NCBI RefSeq assembly: GCF_056746865.1
Contig: NZ_CM163382.1
DNA: 64,000 bases
Reading direction: 5' to 3' (one strand)
A model generated the notes under the pieces. It was not told the DNA's origin. It saw only the letters and a list, made by a program, of their open reading frames with translations, and did no database searches. Positions 51,920 through 59,951 of the stretch are shown here, piece by piece (position 1 is the stretch's first letter; every line of letters begins with the position of its first letter). The translations under genes were made by a program, and so were the position numbers.

Positions 51920-52438
51920 GTGATGAAATTTAAAAAATGTCTTCTGCCTGTGGCAACGTTAGCGTCATTCACTCTGGCAGGATGCCAGTCAAATGCTGAT
52001 GATCATGCCGCCGATGTTTATCAAACCGATCAACTGAATACCAAACAAGAAACTAAAACCGTTAATATTATTTCCATTCTTCCCGCAAAAGTTGCCGTAG
52101 ACAACTCCCAAAATAAACGAAACGCACAAGCCTTCGGCGCGCTTATTGGTGCAGTCGCTGGCGGTGTTATTGGCCACAACGTCGGGTCTGGCAGCAATTC
52201 CGGAACGACGGCAGGTGCAGTTGGCGGCGGAGCTGTTGGCGCGGCAGCGGGTTCTATGGTGAATGATAAAACCTTAGTGGAAGGTGTTTCTTTAACGTAT
52301 AAGGAAGGCACCAAAGTGTATACCTCCACCCAGGTGGGTAAAGAGTGCCAGTTTACGACAGGTTTAGCCGTTGTTATTACCACGACGTATAACGAAACGC
52401 GTATTCAGCCAAATACGAAATGTCCTGAAAAGAGCTAA
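51920..52438 (+). CDS. yfgH: outer-membrane lipoprotein YfgH (glycine-zipper family)
   Basis: 172-aa ORF; lipobox LAGC; glycine-zipper segment (GALIGAVAGGVIGHNVGSG...). Confidence 0.9.
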   Translation: MMKFKKCLLPVATLASFTLAGCQSNADDHAADVYQTDQLNTKQETKTVNIISILPAKVAVDNSQNKRNAQAFGALIGAVAGGVIGHNVGSGSNSGTTAGAVGGGAVGAAAGSMVNDKTLVEGVSLTYKEGTKVYTSTQVGKECQFTTGLAVVITTTYNETRIQPNTKCPEKS

Positions 52439-52453
52439 TGATCAGGAGGAGTC

Positions 52454-52993
52454 ATGAAGAAAGTTTTTCTTTGCGCCATCTTAGCCTCCTTAAGCTATCC
52501 GGCTATCGCCTCATCATTGCAGGATCAACTCTCTGCTGTCGCAGAAGCGGAACAGCAAGGTAAAAATGAAGAGCAAAGGCAGCATGACGAATGGATCGCG
52601 GAGCGCAACAGGGAAATCCAGCAAGAGAAGCAACGTCGCGCAAACGCCCAGGCCGCCGCTAACAAAAGAGCGGCAACGGCAGCGGCAAATAAGAAAGCTC
52701 GTCAGGATAAACTGGATGCCGAAGCCACTGCGGACAAAAAACGCGATCAAAGTTATGAAGATGAGCTACGCAGCTTAGAGATTCAGAAACAAAAACTGGC
52801 GCTGGCGAAAGAAGAAGCCCGCGTTAAGCGCGAAAACGAATTTATCGATCAGGAACTGAAGCACAAAGCTGCGCAAACCGATGTGGTGCAATCTGAAGCT
52901 GACGCAAACAGGAATATGACTGAGGGCGGTCGCGATCTGATGAAAAGCGTGGGCAAAGCAGAAGAGAACAAATCGGACAGCTGGTTTAACTAA
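52454..52993 (+). CDS. yfgI: periplasmic coiled-coil protein YfgI
   Basis: 179-aa ORF with signal peptide and highly charged coiled-coil body; length matches YfgI. Confidence 0.9.
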   Translation: MKKVFLCAILASLSYPAIASSLQDQLSAVAEAEQQGKNEEQRQHDEWIAERNREIQQEKQRRANAQAAANKRAATAAANKKARQDKLDAEATADKKRDQSYEDELRSLEIQKQKLALAKEEARVKRENEFIDQELKHKAAQTDVVQSEADANRNMTEGGRDLMKSVGKAEENKSDSWFN

Positions 52994-53040
52994 GCGATGT
53001 CAGTAACTTCAAGCCTATGATTCGTGAGTATAATAAATAT

Positions 53041-53065
53041 CCTCCGGCATAGCCGGAGGTTTTTC
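53041..53065 (+). terminator. hairpin plus T-run downstream of yfgI (either the yfgI terminator or the detached right-end hairpin of IS200)
   Basis: CCTCCGG-catag-CCGGAGG followed by TTTTTC, 47 bp after the yfgI stop and 9 bp before IS2. Ambiguity explained in findings. Confidence 0.5.
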
Positions 53066-53068
53066 AAA

Positions 53069-53073
53069 TGCGC
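53069..53073. repeat. IS2 target-site duplication, left copy (TGCGC)
   Basis: 5-bp TGCGC immediately left of the IS2 left inverted repeat; identical pentamer immediately right of IS2. Confidence 0.8.
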
Positions 53074-53164
53074 TAGACTGGCCCCCTGAATCTCCAGACA
53101 ACCAATATCACTTAAATAAGTGATAGTCTTAATACTAGTTTTTAGACTAGTCATTGGAGAGCAG

Positions 53165-53530
53165 ATGATTGATGTCTTAGGACCGGAGAAACGCAGACGG
53201 CGTACTACACAGGAAAAGATCGCTATTGTTCAGCAGAGTTTTGAACCGGGAATGACGGTCTCCCTTGTTGCCCGGCAACACGGTGTGGCAGCCAGCCAGT
53301 TATTTCTCTGGCGCAAGCAATACCAGGAGGGAAGTCTTACTGCTGTGGCCGCAGGAGAGCAGGTCGTTCCTGCCTCTGAACTTGCTGCTGCCATGAAGCA
53401 GATTAAAGAACTCCAGCGCCTGCTCGGCAAAAAAACGATGGAAAATGAACTCCTTAAAGAAGCCGTTGAATACGGGCGTGCAAAAAAGTGGATAGCGCAC
53501 GCGCCCTTATTGCCCGGGGATGGGGAGTAA
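53165..53530 (+). CDS. insC: IS2 transposase OrfA (InsC; HTH DNA-binding component)
   Basis: ORF 53120-53530; start placed at ATG 53165 ([24 protein letters not shown]...), 121 aa. Confidence 0.9.
53482..53488 (+). other. IS2 programmed -1 ribosomal frameshift slippery site (A6G) in the insC/insD overlap
   Basis: AAAAAAG heptamer inside the 43-nt overlap of insC and insD; IS3-family OrfAB fusions are made by -1 frameshifting at such sites. Confidence 0.6.
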
Positions 53531-54393
53531 GCTTAGTCAGCCGTTGTCTCCGGGTGTCGCGTGCGCAGTTGCACGTCATTCTCAGACGAACCGATGACTG
53601 GAAAGATGGTCGCCGCAGCCGTCACTCAGATGATACGGATGTGCTTCTCCGTATACACCATGTTATCGGAGAGCTGCCCACGTATGGTTATCGTCGGGTA
53701 TGGGCGCTGCTTCGCAGACAGGCCGAACTTGATGGTATGCCTGCGATCAATGCCAAACGTGTTTACCGGATCATGCGCCAGAATGCGCTGTTGCTTGAGC
53801 GAAAAACCGCTGTACCGCCATCGAAACGGGCACATACTGGCAAAGTGGCCGTGAAAGAAAGCAATCAACGATGGTGCTCTGACGGGTTCGAGTTCCGCTG
53901 TGATAACGGAGAAAAACTGCGAGTCACGTTCGCGCTGGACTGCTGTGACCGTGAGGCACTGCACTGGGCAGTCACTACGGGCGGCTTCGACAGTGAAACA
54001 GTACAGGACGTAATGCTGGGAGCGGTGGAACGCCGCTTCGGCAACGAGCTTCCGGCGTCTCCAGTAGAGTGGCTGACGGATAATGGTTCATGCTACCGGG
54101 CTAATGAAACACGGCAGTTTGCCCGGATGTTGGGGCTTGAACCGAAGAACACGGCGGTGCGGAGTCCGGAGAGTAACGGCATAGCAGAGAGCTTCGTGAA
54201 AACGATAAAGCGTGACTACATCAGTATCATGCCTAAACCAGACGGGTTAACGGCAGCAAAGAACCTTGCAGAGGCGTTCGAGCATTATAACGAATGGCAT
54301 CCGCATAGTGCACTGGGTTATCGCTCGCCACGGGAATATCTACGGCAGCGGGCCAGTAATGGGTTAAGTGATAACAGGTGTCTGGAAATATAG
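53488..54393 (+). CDS. insD: IS2 transposase OrfB (InsD; DDE integrase-like catalytic component)
   Basis: 301-aa ORF ([23 protein letters not shown]...); rve-type integrase core. Confidence 0.9.
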
Positions 54394-54404
54394 GGGCAAA
54401 TCCA

Positions 54405-54409
54405 TGCGC
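54405..54409. repeat. IS2 target-site duplication, right copy (TGCGC)
   Basis: TGCGC immediately right of the IS2 right end. Confidence 0.8.
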
Positions 54410-54476
54410 CTATAAGGCTCTCTTACCAGCCGCGCCCTAACAGGCGCACACGATCTGACATTTGCATCCAACTTCG

Positions 54477-54935
54477 TTACTTACGGCCCGTAAACGGGCT
54501 GCCCGGATAGGGAATCGATAACTGCTCTCCCATTTTATCCTCTTCAAGCTGGTGCTTTATGTAATCCTGTATCTTCGCCGTGTTCTTACCCACTGTATCG
54601 ACGTAGTACCCTCTGCACCAGAACTCCCTGTTCCTGTATTTGAATTTCAAATCACCAAACTGCTCGTAAAGCATCAGACTGCTTTTCCCTTTCAGATATC
54701 CCATAAACCCGGATACGCTCATTTTAGGCGGGATCTCCACAAGCATATGGATATGATCTGCACAGCATTCAGCTTCCAGAATCCGTACGCTTTTCCACTC
54801 ACACAGCTTTCTCAAAATACTGCCTATTGCTCTACGCTTCTCTCTGTAGAACACCTGTCTTCGGTATTTTGGCGCAAAAACTATGTGATATTTACAGTTC
54901 CATCGGGTGTGCGCTAAGCTCTTTTCGTTCCCCAT
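54477..54935 (-). CDS. tnpA: IS200 transposase TnpA (Y1/HuH single-strand transposase)
   Basis: ORF 54477-54986; start placed at ATG 54935 preceded by GGGGG (MGNEKSLAHTRWNCKYHIVFAPKYRRQVFY...), 152 aa; HuH motif (HIHMLV) and catalytic Tyr region. Confidence 0.9.
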   Translation of the reverse strand: MGNEKSLAHTRWNCKYHIVFAPKYRRQVFYREKRRAIGSILRKLCEWKSVRILEAECCADHIHMLVEIPPKMSVSGFMGYLKGKSSLMLYEQFGDLKFKYRNREFWCRGYYVDTVGKNTAKIQDYIKHQLEEDKMGEQLSIPYPGSPFTGRK

Positions 54936-54940
54936 TGGGA

Positions 54941-55010
54941 CCCCCTTTTGATTTCTTGTTTGACACTTGCAGTTGCCAGACCGCAAGGTGTTTTAACAAA
55001 TCAAAAGGGG
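54941..55010 (-). promoter_or_regulatory. IS200 5'-UTR stem-loop that sequesters the tnpA ribosome-binding site
   Basis: CCCCTTTTGATTT (54941-54953) and AAATCAAAAGGGG (54998-55010) are exact reverse complements; the arm next to the ATG contains the Shine-Dalgarno sequence. Confidence 0.6.
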
Positions 55011-55045
55011 TTTTAATAACTGGCTCAAAGCTGAAAGCTTTCCGG

Positions 55046-55068
55046 AACCCCCAGCCTAGCTGGGGGTT
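55046..55068. other. IS200 left-end hairpin (palindrome near the element end)
   Basis: aaCCCCCAGC-cta-GCTGGGGGtt, 23 nt, about 10 bp inside the inferred IS200 left boundary. Confidence 0.5.
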
Positions 55069-55074
55069 TTCTGT

Positions 55075-55108
55075 GCACAAAAAACCCTCTGTAGTAACAG
55101 AGGGTTTT
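55075..55108 (-). terminator. rho-independent terminator of the prophage lysis cassette (minus strand)
   Basis: Minus strand reads AAAACCCTCTG-ttacta-CAGAGGGTTTTTTGTG: 11-bp stem plus T6, 127 bp downstream of the Rz stop and abutting the IS200 end. Confidence 0.6.
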
Positions 55109-55234
55109 GTTCATTCATAGTGCAGGGTCAAATCATTCCCACTCAATTGTTTACGACAATCATAACCAATTGAGTGATAACATTTTTCCAAAACTTAATT
55201 TTTCTAGTACCGTTTTATATACCGTCACCGGAAA

Positions 55235-55732
55235 TCAGTGCCACGATTTTTGCTTCTTCAGTGAATCGTATTGCTGTTCGCAGGATTCTCCTGCAATCCG
55301 ATACTTTTCAGCCTCAGCTGCTGTTGCGTTGTAAACTCGATTGCTTTCTTCAAGCATGTCGGCGAGCACACCGATGACCTTGCTGGCTGGCGTGCCAGTG
55401 GGGAAAGATCCGGTATAGTGTTCGGCGAGTCGCTTGGTTTTGTCAAGCTCGGCGCGCAGGCTGTCAGCAGCGGCATTAGCATGCTCAGCATCAACACGCG
55501 CCACATCGATACGGGATTGTGCTTCACGTTCAATTTGTGTTTTCTCCTGATCACGTTGTGACCTGGCCTTATCATCAGCCTGTTTCTGATCTTCCTGTGC
55601 CTGCGCATACCCGGCATCGTACTGGCGACTGCCGTGTATATTCCAGGCAACCACTCCGACGGTAAACAGAGCAGCAAGAATCACCACGATAAGCAGTTGT
55701 TTCCAATATGCTTTTACGAATGCCCAGATCAT
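55235..55732 (-). CDS. prophage i-spanin (Rz-like inner-membrane spanin)
   Basis: 165-aa ORF with one N-terminal TM helix then a charged coiled-coil body; start overlaps the endolysin stop (ATGA); last gene of the lysis cassette. Confidence 0.7.
   Translation of the reverse strand: MIWAFVKAYWKQLLIVVILAALFTVGVVAWNIHGSRQYDAGYAQAQEDQKQADDKARSQRDQEKTQIEREAQSRIDVARVDAEHANAAADSLRAELDKTKRLAEHYTGSFPTGTPASKVIGVLADMLEESNRVYNATAAEAEKYRIAGESCEQQYDSLKKQKSWH
55258..55506 (-). CDS. prophage o-spanin (Rz1-like outer-membrane lipoprotein) embedded in the +1 frame of the Rz-like gene
   Basis: ORF 55258-55677 in an alternate frame inside Rz; from ATG 55506 it encodes [17 protein letters not shown]... with lipobox LTA-C followed by a proline-rich short mature region; start codon choice tentative. 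Confidence 0.6.
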   Translation of the reverse strand: MWRVLMLSMLMPLLTACAPSLTKPSDSPNTIPDLSPLARQPARSSVCSPTCLKKAIEFTTQQQLRLKSIGLQENPANSNTIH

Positions 55733-56358
55733 ATAGCCAGCACCTTACTGGCAGTGACGTACCGCGCGCGCCGGTCGTCGATGCCGTTCCGGCCACCATT
55801 GATAATCAGAGTTACACGTGCAATATCACCGGTATACTTCATGCATCCTTTGCTGGCAAAGAACCACGCCGCGCTACGAGCCGCGTATTCGTCCTGCGCC
55901 AGCAGTTCAGGATTCTCCAGCAAGTCCACTTTCAAGCCGTTTCCGCAGTCACGATAGTTATTCAAACCGGTAATCTGGATAAGTCCGCGACCTCGGTAAT
56001 TCCAGCCATCGCCGGGGGCATTGTTCCCCATGCGTTTGCTGTACACCAGATTGGCAATCGCTCTCTGGCGCTCAGGTGGCAATGGTGGTTCACCAGCACG
56101 GCGCCCCAATGCGTTGGCCTGTCCCTGAGTGAGACGCCCAGCCCGAACGAAGTTAGCCAGTCCGCTGACGCTGTAGTTGAAATTTTCCTGCAACCGGGTG
56201 AAACCTCCAGACTCATGCCCGACCTGAGCAATAAACATTGCCTGATCTTCTGGTTTGCTGATACCAAACTCTTTCATCGCAGAAGTTATATGCGAGAACC
56301 AGCGTGCGGCAAGCGCCTCGCTAATACCAGCAGCTCGCTGGAATTGTTTAATCTCCAT
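55729..56358 (-). CDS. prophage endolysin, glycoside hydrolase family 19 (chitinase-like lysozyme)
   Basis: ORF 55729-56523; start placed at ATG 56358 preceded by GAGGT ([21 protein letters not shown]...), 209 aa; GH19/COG3179-like motifs ([21 protein letters not shown]). Confidence 0.8.
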   Translation of the reverse strand: MEIKQFQRAAGISEALAARWFSHITSAMKEFGISKPEDQAMFIAQVGHESGGFTRLQENFNYSVSGLANFVRAGRLTQGQANALGRRAGEPPLPPERQRAIANLVYSKRMGNNAPGDGWNYRGRGLIQITGLNNYRDCGNGLKVDLLENPELLAQDEYAARSAAWFFASKGCMKYTGDIARVTLIINGGRNGIDDRRARYVTASKVLAI

Positions 56359-56656
56359 GTTTAGACCTCGATACTTTGAAAATTTGAACGACGTTACCGC
56401 GCGTTTTAATAACCGCAGCGAGCATGACAGCGTTGATAATGACCTCAGATAAATCCACAGCCATTGGCGTGCGGAACCAGATTGCATAGGCAACACGAAC
56501 CGGAATACTGGCCGCAGCAACAATCAGGAAATAAGCAAGCCACCCCCCCCATCTTCGATGTTGAGATCCGTTACGCCGGAATGTGACAACACGAATTGCT
56601 ATGCCAGTACAAATAACTGCATTGGTGATAAGTAAAAACAGGTCATGCGTTACCAT
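56348..56656 (-). CDS. small membrane protein in lysis cassette (putative holin or antiholin, 2-3 TM)
   Basis: 102-aa hydrophobic ORF directly upstream of the endolysin gene and overlapping it by 11 nt; function assigned by position only. Confidence 0.5.
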   Translation of the reverse strand: MVTHDLFLLITNAVICTGIAIRVVTFRRNGSQHRRWGGWLAYFLIVAAASIPVRVAYAIWFRTPMAVDLSEVIINAVMLAAVIKTRGNVVQIFKVSRSKHGD

Positions 56657-57059
56657 CGTCTTTTCTCCCCGGAATTAACTCGCGTGGATTATCGGAACGG
56701 TGATAGAGCCAGATACCAATTCGCACTGCGACAATTGCTGATACGAATGCGCCAGCAGAGAAAACAATCCCTTTCTCGAACGAGTCCTGCGTGATGGTAG
56801 GGATCAGGCTGGCTATGCCGATAAGAATTGATGCTGCTGGTTTGTAAAAAAGAAGGCCGCAGAGAAAGCTAAGCATCGACAAAAGCACACGACGACGAAT
56901 GGGATACTCTACCGCAGAGGTAACAAAAATTACCGCTCCAGCCAAAGACCCCAAAGCAACCTCGGGAGGAACTCCTGCTATCACCGCCGCCAGAGAAGTC
57001 ATGCTAAGCCACTGATTCAAAGAATCACTGGTTGTCTGAATTGACATGATAAACACCAT
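56643..57059 (-). CDS. putative holin (multi-TM small membrane protein), first gene of lysis cassette
   Basis: 138-aa ORF with 3-4 predicted TM segments and a basic C-terminal tail; two Met codons within the first five (M1, M5); overlaps the next gene by 14 nt. Confidence 0.55.
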   Translation of the reverse strand: MVFIMSIQTTSDSLNQWLSMTSLAAVIAGVPPEVALGSLAGAVIFVTSAVEYPIRRRVLLSMLSFLCGLLFYKPAASILIGIASLIPTITQDSFEKGIVFSAGAFVSAIVAVRIGIWLYHRSDNPRELIPGRKDDGNA

Positions 57060-57187
57060 TTATTTCACATAAACAACTCCATTAAATAAATGTTTATCAT
57101 ACACAATAAACCATTTATGGATAATTATTACTCGTGATTTTTATGATTATTCGCGCATTTTTCTATCATTTTTATCCAGTGTGCCGT

Positions 57188-57211
57188 AAAACCACGTCCT
57201 TAAGGGCGTGG
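57188..57211 (-). terminator. hairpin terminator downstream of the tail fiber gene
   Basis: Minus strand: CCACGCCC-ttaa-GGACGTGG followed by TTTTAC; about 160 bp after the tail fiber stop. Confidence 0.5.
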
Positions 57212-57236
57212 ATGATGTCAACTGATGATGTCAACT
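57211..57236. repeat. perfect tandem direct repeat 2 x 13 bp (GATGATGTCAACT) in the tail fiber - holin intergenic region
   Basis: gatgatgtcaact gatgatgtcaact read directly from the sequence at 57211-57223 and 57224-57236. Confidence 0.7.
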
Positions 57237-57372
57237 ATTGGCTGGCTTTGACTGATATTGCAGGAGTTGTTGGATAAGATTTAAGTGACCGTCAAAGCGG
57301 TCACTTATGAGAAAAGGAAGTTAGACAAAGTGGCAAACAGGCTCATTGATGGCTACGTCAATGACCAAGGTT

Positions 57373-59775
57373 TCATTCAGACTCCAGCAACTCTATCCTG
57401 GCGAGAAGCGCTTCATATTTATCAAGTAATCGAGAGTAGTTCCTTCGTTGCATTGCAGCTTCCATTACCAACATTTCTTCATAACGAATGCCGTAACGGG
57501 AACCAGCTTCTATAGCAGGAGTGATTACCTCACCGGTTTCATCATCTATGACGGCAGGAGTGTCACCCCATTCATCATAACAGATGAAACCAAAGCGATG
57601 AGCATCAAGACCATGCCTTTCGAATGCCTCCACGTACCGTTGAGCAATGGCGCCGAAGTGCCAGCGGGCGCCATCAGCGCCTTTTTCTTTAATCCTATCC
57701 AGATACTTATACTGGACTAGCTGAACCTCTTCTGCGGCATCGAGAATGGCATCAGTCATTAGTAATGGGTCTGATTTGCAAATGGCATCTGACGTGATAG
57801 TGAACGCCGTTTGAGTGAATCCACCAGACCACGGAAACGAACTTGCCCCGCAAGGATAGGTATTTGCCGTGGCAGGACGTATTTGCTTCACAGCAAATAC
57901 GTGCGACGTCATTTCTGCTGTACCAGAACCCGTAACGCCGGGATCTCCACCAGAGACACGTAAAATCCCTGTAGGGACAGATGAGTCCGTCGATGAATAA
58001 AAGCGAATCTGCTGTGCTTCTGCAACACCAGGGTTACATAGCTTAATAGCTTTAGTTGTGAACGCATTAGTATCCGTATCAAATATCCAGTATCTGTTGT
58101 TTGAACCACCATCTATAATAACGTTCGCAAGAGATACACCAACTCGCTGTATATTAGAAATATTGTTAGCATTAGTACCAGCAGTTAACTGAATACCCCT
58201 TGTGCAATTATTTACACGCGAGTTACTAATAGTATTATTAGCAGCAAATCTAGTGCCAGCGGTATTTCCTGTCAGGAGAGTATGCGTAGTGTCCTTACTG
58301 AAGCCTGTCAATAACACCTCATTATTAGTGAACGTACCGTACTGAGCACATGATTTAAAACCGATATAAGGTGTGGTTAAATCCTCAGGAATACCATTCC
58401 ATACCATACAAAAGTTATCTGTAATTACACTATGGTTTCCTCCATTGTTAGACAAATCACCCAACTCTACAGCACTTATGGAAGTATTGAAGTGGTTATT
58501 TGTAACCTGGAACAGGTTACCAACATTGTTTTCAGAAACAACTCCGCGGCGACCAGCAATGATATGGTTACCGAAAACCACAACACCTTCGGTATCGTCA
58601 TGCGCGTACATGAAGGTGTCGAAGTTCTGATAAGAACCATTGACAATATTGATATTCTTTGTTGAGTACAGGTCGAATATTTTACCCATTCGATATGCTG
58701 GTACAGATGTTCCTCCACCAGTTACGTTAACGCCGTCAAATACACACTGACCAGCTCTGCTTAGCTTAAAGACAGTATCAAAAGAGGATTGAGTACCAGC
58801 ATCATTTGACACATCCAGGTCACGAACGATAAGTTGTCGGGCGTATTCGATTCCCCCTGTCCCTAAAAACGTAAGCGCAGTACCCTGAAGTTGCCCGGTA
58901 GCTTTTATCGTGAAATTACGTAAACCAACAGGTTTTCTTACTACAGTCGTACCCGAGTTATCAATGATAAGACCATATCCAGCAGCAAATTTTATTCCGC
59001 ATGTAGCCATGCTTACGCCAAAAACATCACTATAAAAATTAGTTACTGAGATGTCGCTTGAGCAGTTGTATATACGACGAAGCTTAATATCTAGACCAGT
59101 TTCCTTTGCTGCAGTAAAGGCATTGATCAGTGCCAAGGTATCATCAGCATCACCTCCAACAGCGCCAAAATCCTCAGGAGTGAGTGATTCCCTCATTTTA
59201 TCCTGGAACGTTCGGTATACTGCCCCATAACCATACTGAATAAACCAACCAAAACCACCAACAACCCCGGCGATTGCAGCATCGACATAATTACGCATTG
59301 AGCGATTATTTACAGCGTCCTGCTCAAGTGATGGATCTGCAAGGTTAGAAATTCTGTTTTGCTTTGCATCGTAATATTTTGCAAGCAAAGATGGTTTCAT
59401 CAATGCACGTCTGAACCACCCAAAACATTGCTGGATCAGCATCGTCAGGTAGTCAAAGGCATCTTCATGCACTTCGGGAAAAAACTTTCCCTGATTGCGA
59501 AGGTCTGTCTCCTGTACTACATCAAGCACACGATCTATCGTAATTCGCCATCCAGTAGCAAGCGGAGACGGAAGAACCACAGAACCGCCACTATAAGTGC
59601 CCGCCCCAGTTACCGTATAACCGGTATCCAGAACCAATTCTGTTACGTTCCCGTTCAGGTCAGACACCTGAACAACCAGGTCTGATTTTCTGAAAATTCG
59701 AAAAGTATACGGAAACGATGTCGTAACGCCGTTACCTGTGTATTCGTTGTGGTCAACTTCGGTTGAGACCGTCAT
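57373..59775 (-). CDS. prophage tail fiber/tailspike (N-terminal virion-attachment domain, central beta-helix-like domain, C-terminal intramolecular chaperone domain)
   Basis: 800-aa ORF preceded by GGAG; N-terminus has the tail-fiber motif ...NRISNLADPSLEQDAVN... (compare T7 gp17 RIVNLANAVDDRDAV); middle is Gly/Asn/Thr-rich repeat typical of beta-helix tailspikes; C-terminal ~130 aa resemble S74-type chaperone domains. Confidence 0.8.
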   Translation of the reverse strand: MTVSTEVDHNEYTGNGVTTSFPYTFRIFRKSDLVVQVSDLNGNVTELVLDTGYTVTGAGTYSGGSVVLPSPLATGWRITIDRVLDVVQETDLRNQGKFFPEVHEDAFDYLTMLIQQCFGWFRRALMKPSLLAKYYDAKQNRISNLADPSLEQDAVNNRSMRNYVDAAIAGVVGGFGWFIQYGYGAVYRTFQDKMRESLTPEDFGAVGGDADDTLALINAFTAAKETGLDIKLRRIYNCSSDISVTNFYSDVFGVSMATCGIKFAAGYGLIIDNSGTTVVRKPVGLRNFTIKATGQLQGTALTFLGTGGIEYARQLIVRDLDVSNDAGTQSSFDTVFKLSRAGQCVFDGVNVTGGGTSVPAYRMGKIFDLYSTKNINIVNGSYQNFDTFMYAHDDTEGVVVFGNHIIAGRRGVVSENNVGNLFQVTNNHFNTSISAVELGDLSNNGGNHSVITDNFCMVWNGIPEDLTTPYIGFKSCAQYGTFTNNEVLLTGFSKDTTHTLLTGNTAGTRFAANNTISNSRVNNCTRGIQLTAGTNANNISNIQRVGVSLANVIIDGGSNNRYWIFDTDTNAFTTKAIKLCNPGVAEAQQIRFYSSTDSSVPTGILRVSGGDPGVTGSGTAEMTSHVFAVKQIRPATANTYPCGASSFPWSGGFTQTAFTITSDAICKSDPLLMTDAILDAAEEVQLVQYKYLDRIKEKGADGARWHFGAIAQRYVEAFERHGLDAHRFGFICYDEWGDTPAVIDDETGEVITPAIEAGSRYGIRYEEMLVMEAAMQRRNYSRLLDKYEALLARIELLESE

Positions 59776-59860
59776 GTTAAATCTCCAGATAGTCGCAGCA
59801 CCCGTTGCGCCGCATATCTGGTTATTCTATTACCTGAAAAACCACATATGGATAGAAAGG

Positions 59861-59876
59861 CTGTAAATACGAATAG
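59861..59876. promoter_or_regulatory. weaker second LexA-like box (CTGT-N8-ATAG)
   Basis: CTGTaaatacgaATAG, one mismatch in the distal ACAG half-site, about 70 bp upstream of the strong box. Confidence 0.3.
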
Positions 59877-59931
59877 ATATTACCTTTCAGGTAATTTGCA
59901 AAACGTGCTGGATAGCAAACAAATTATTTGC

Positions 59932-59951
59932 TACTGTATAAATATACAGTT
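59932..59951 (+). promoter_or_regulatory. LexA (SOS) box immediately upstream of the small plus-strand ORF
   Basis: tACTGTATAAATATACAGtt matches the LexA consensus TACTGTATATATATACAGTA at 18/20 with CTGT-N8-ACAG intact; ends 6 bp before ATG 59957. Confidence 0.7.

Larger units (their letters stand above)
53074..54404 (+). mobile_element. insertion sequence IS2 (IS3 family), complete, 1331 bp
   Basis: Left end TAGACTGGCCCCCTGAATCTCCAGACAACCAATATCACTTAA and right end ...TTAAGTGATAACAGGTGTCTGGAAATATAGGGGCAAATCCA form the imperfect IS2 terminal inverted repeats; insC/insD inside. Confidence 0.9.
54405..55079 (-). mobile_element. IS200 (IS200/IS605 family), major segment; the last ~33 bp of its right end probably lie at 53041-53073 on the other side of IS2
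   Basis: Contains a 152-aa Y1 (HuH) transposase ORF, the characteristic 70-nt RBS-sequestering stem-loop and a left-end hairpin; boundaries inferred from remembered stem-loop positions (nt 12-34 and 69-138 of the 707-bp element), not from alignment. Confidence 0.7.

Noticed and set aside
54552-54917. 121-aa plus-strand ORF
   Set aside because: Antisense to IS200 tnpA.
56359-56523. N-terminal 55-codon extension of the endolysin ORF in the track
   Set aside because: The extension overlaps the upstream membrane-protein gene in another frame; ATG 56358 has a proper GAGGT Shine-Dalgarno and starts the conserved GH19 domain.
57285-57515. 76-aa plus-strand ORF
   Set aside because: Overlaps the 3' end of the tail fiber gene on the opposite strand and the terminator region; likely spurious.
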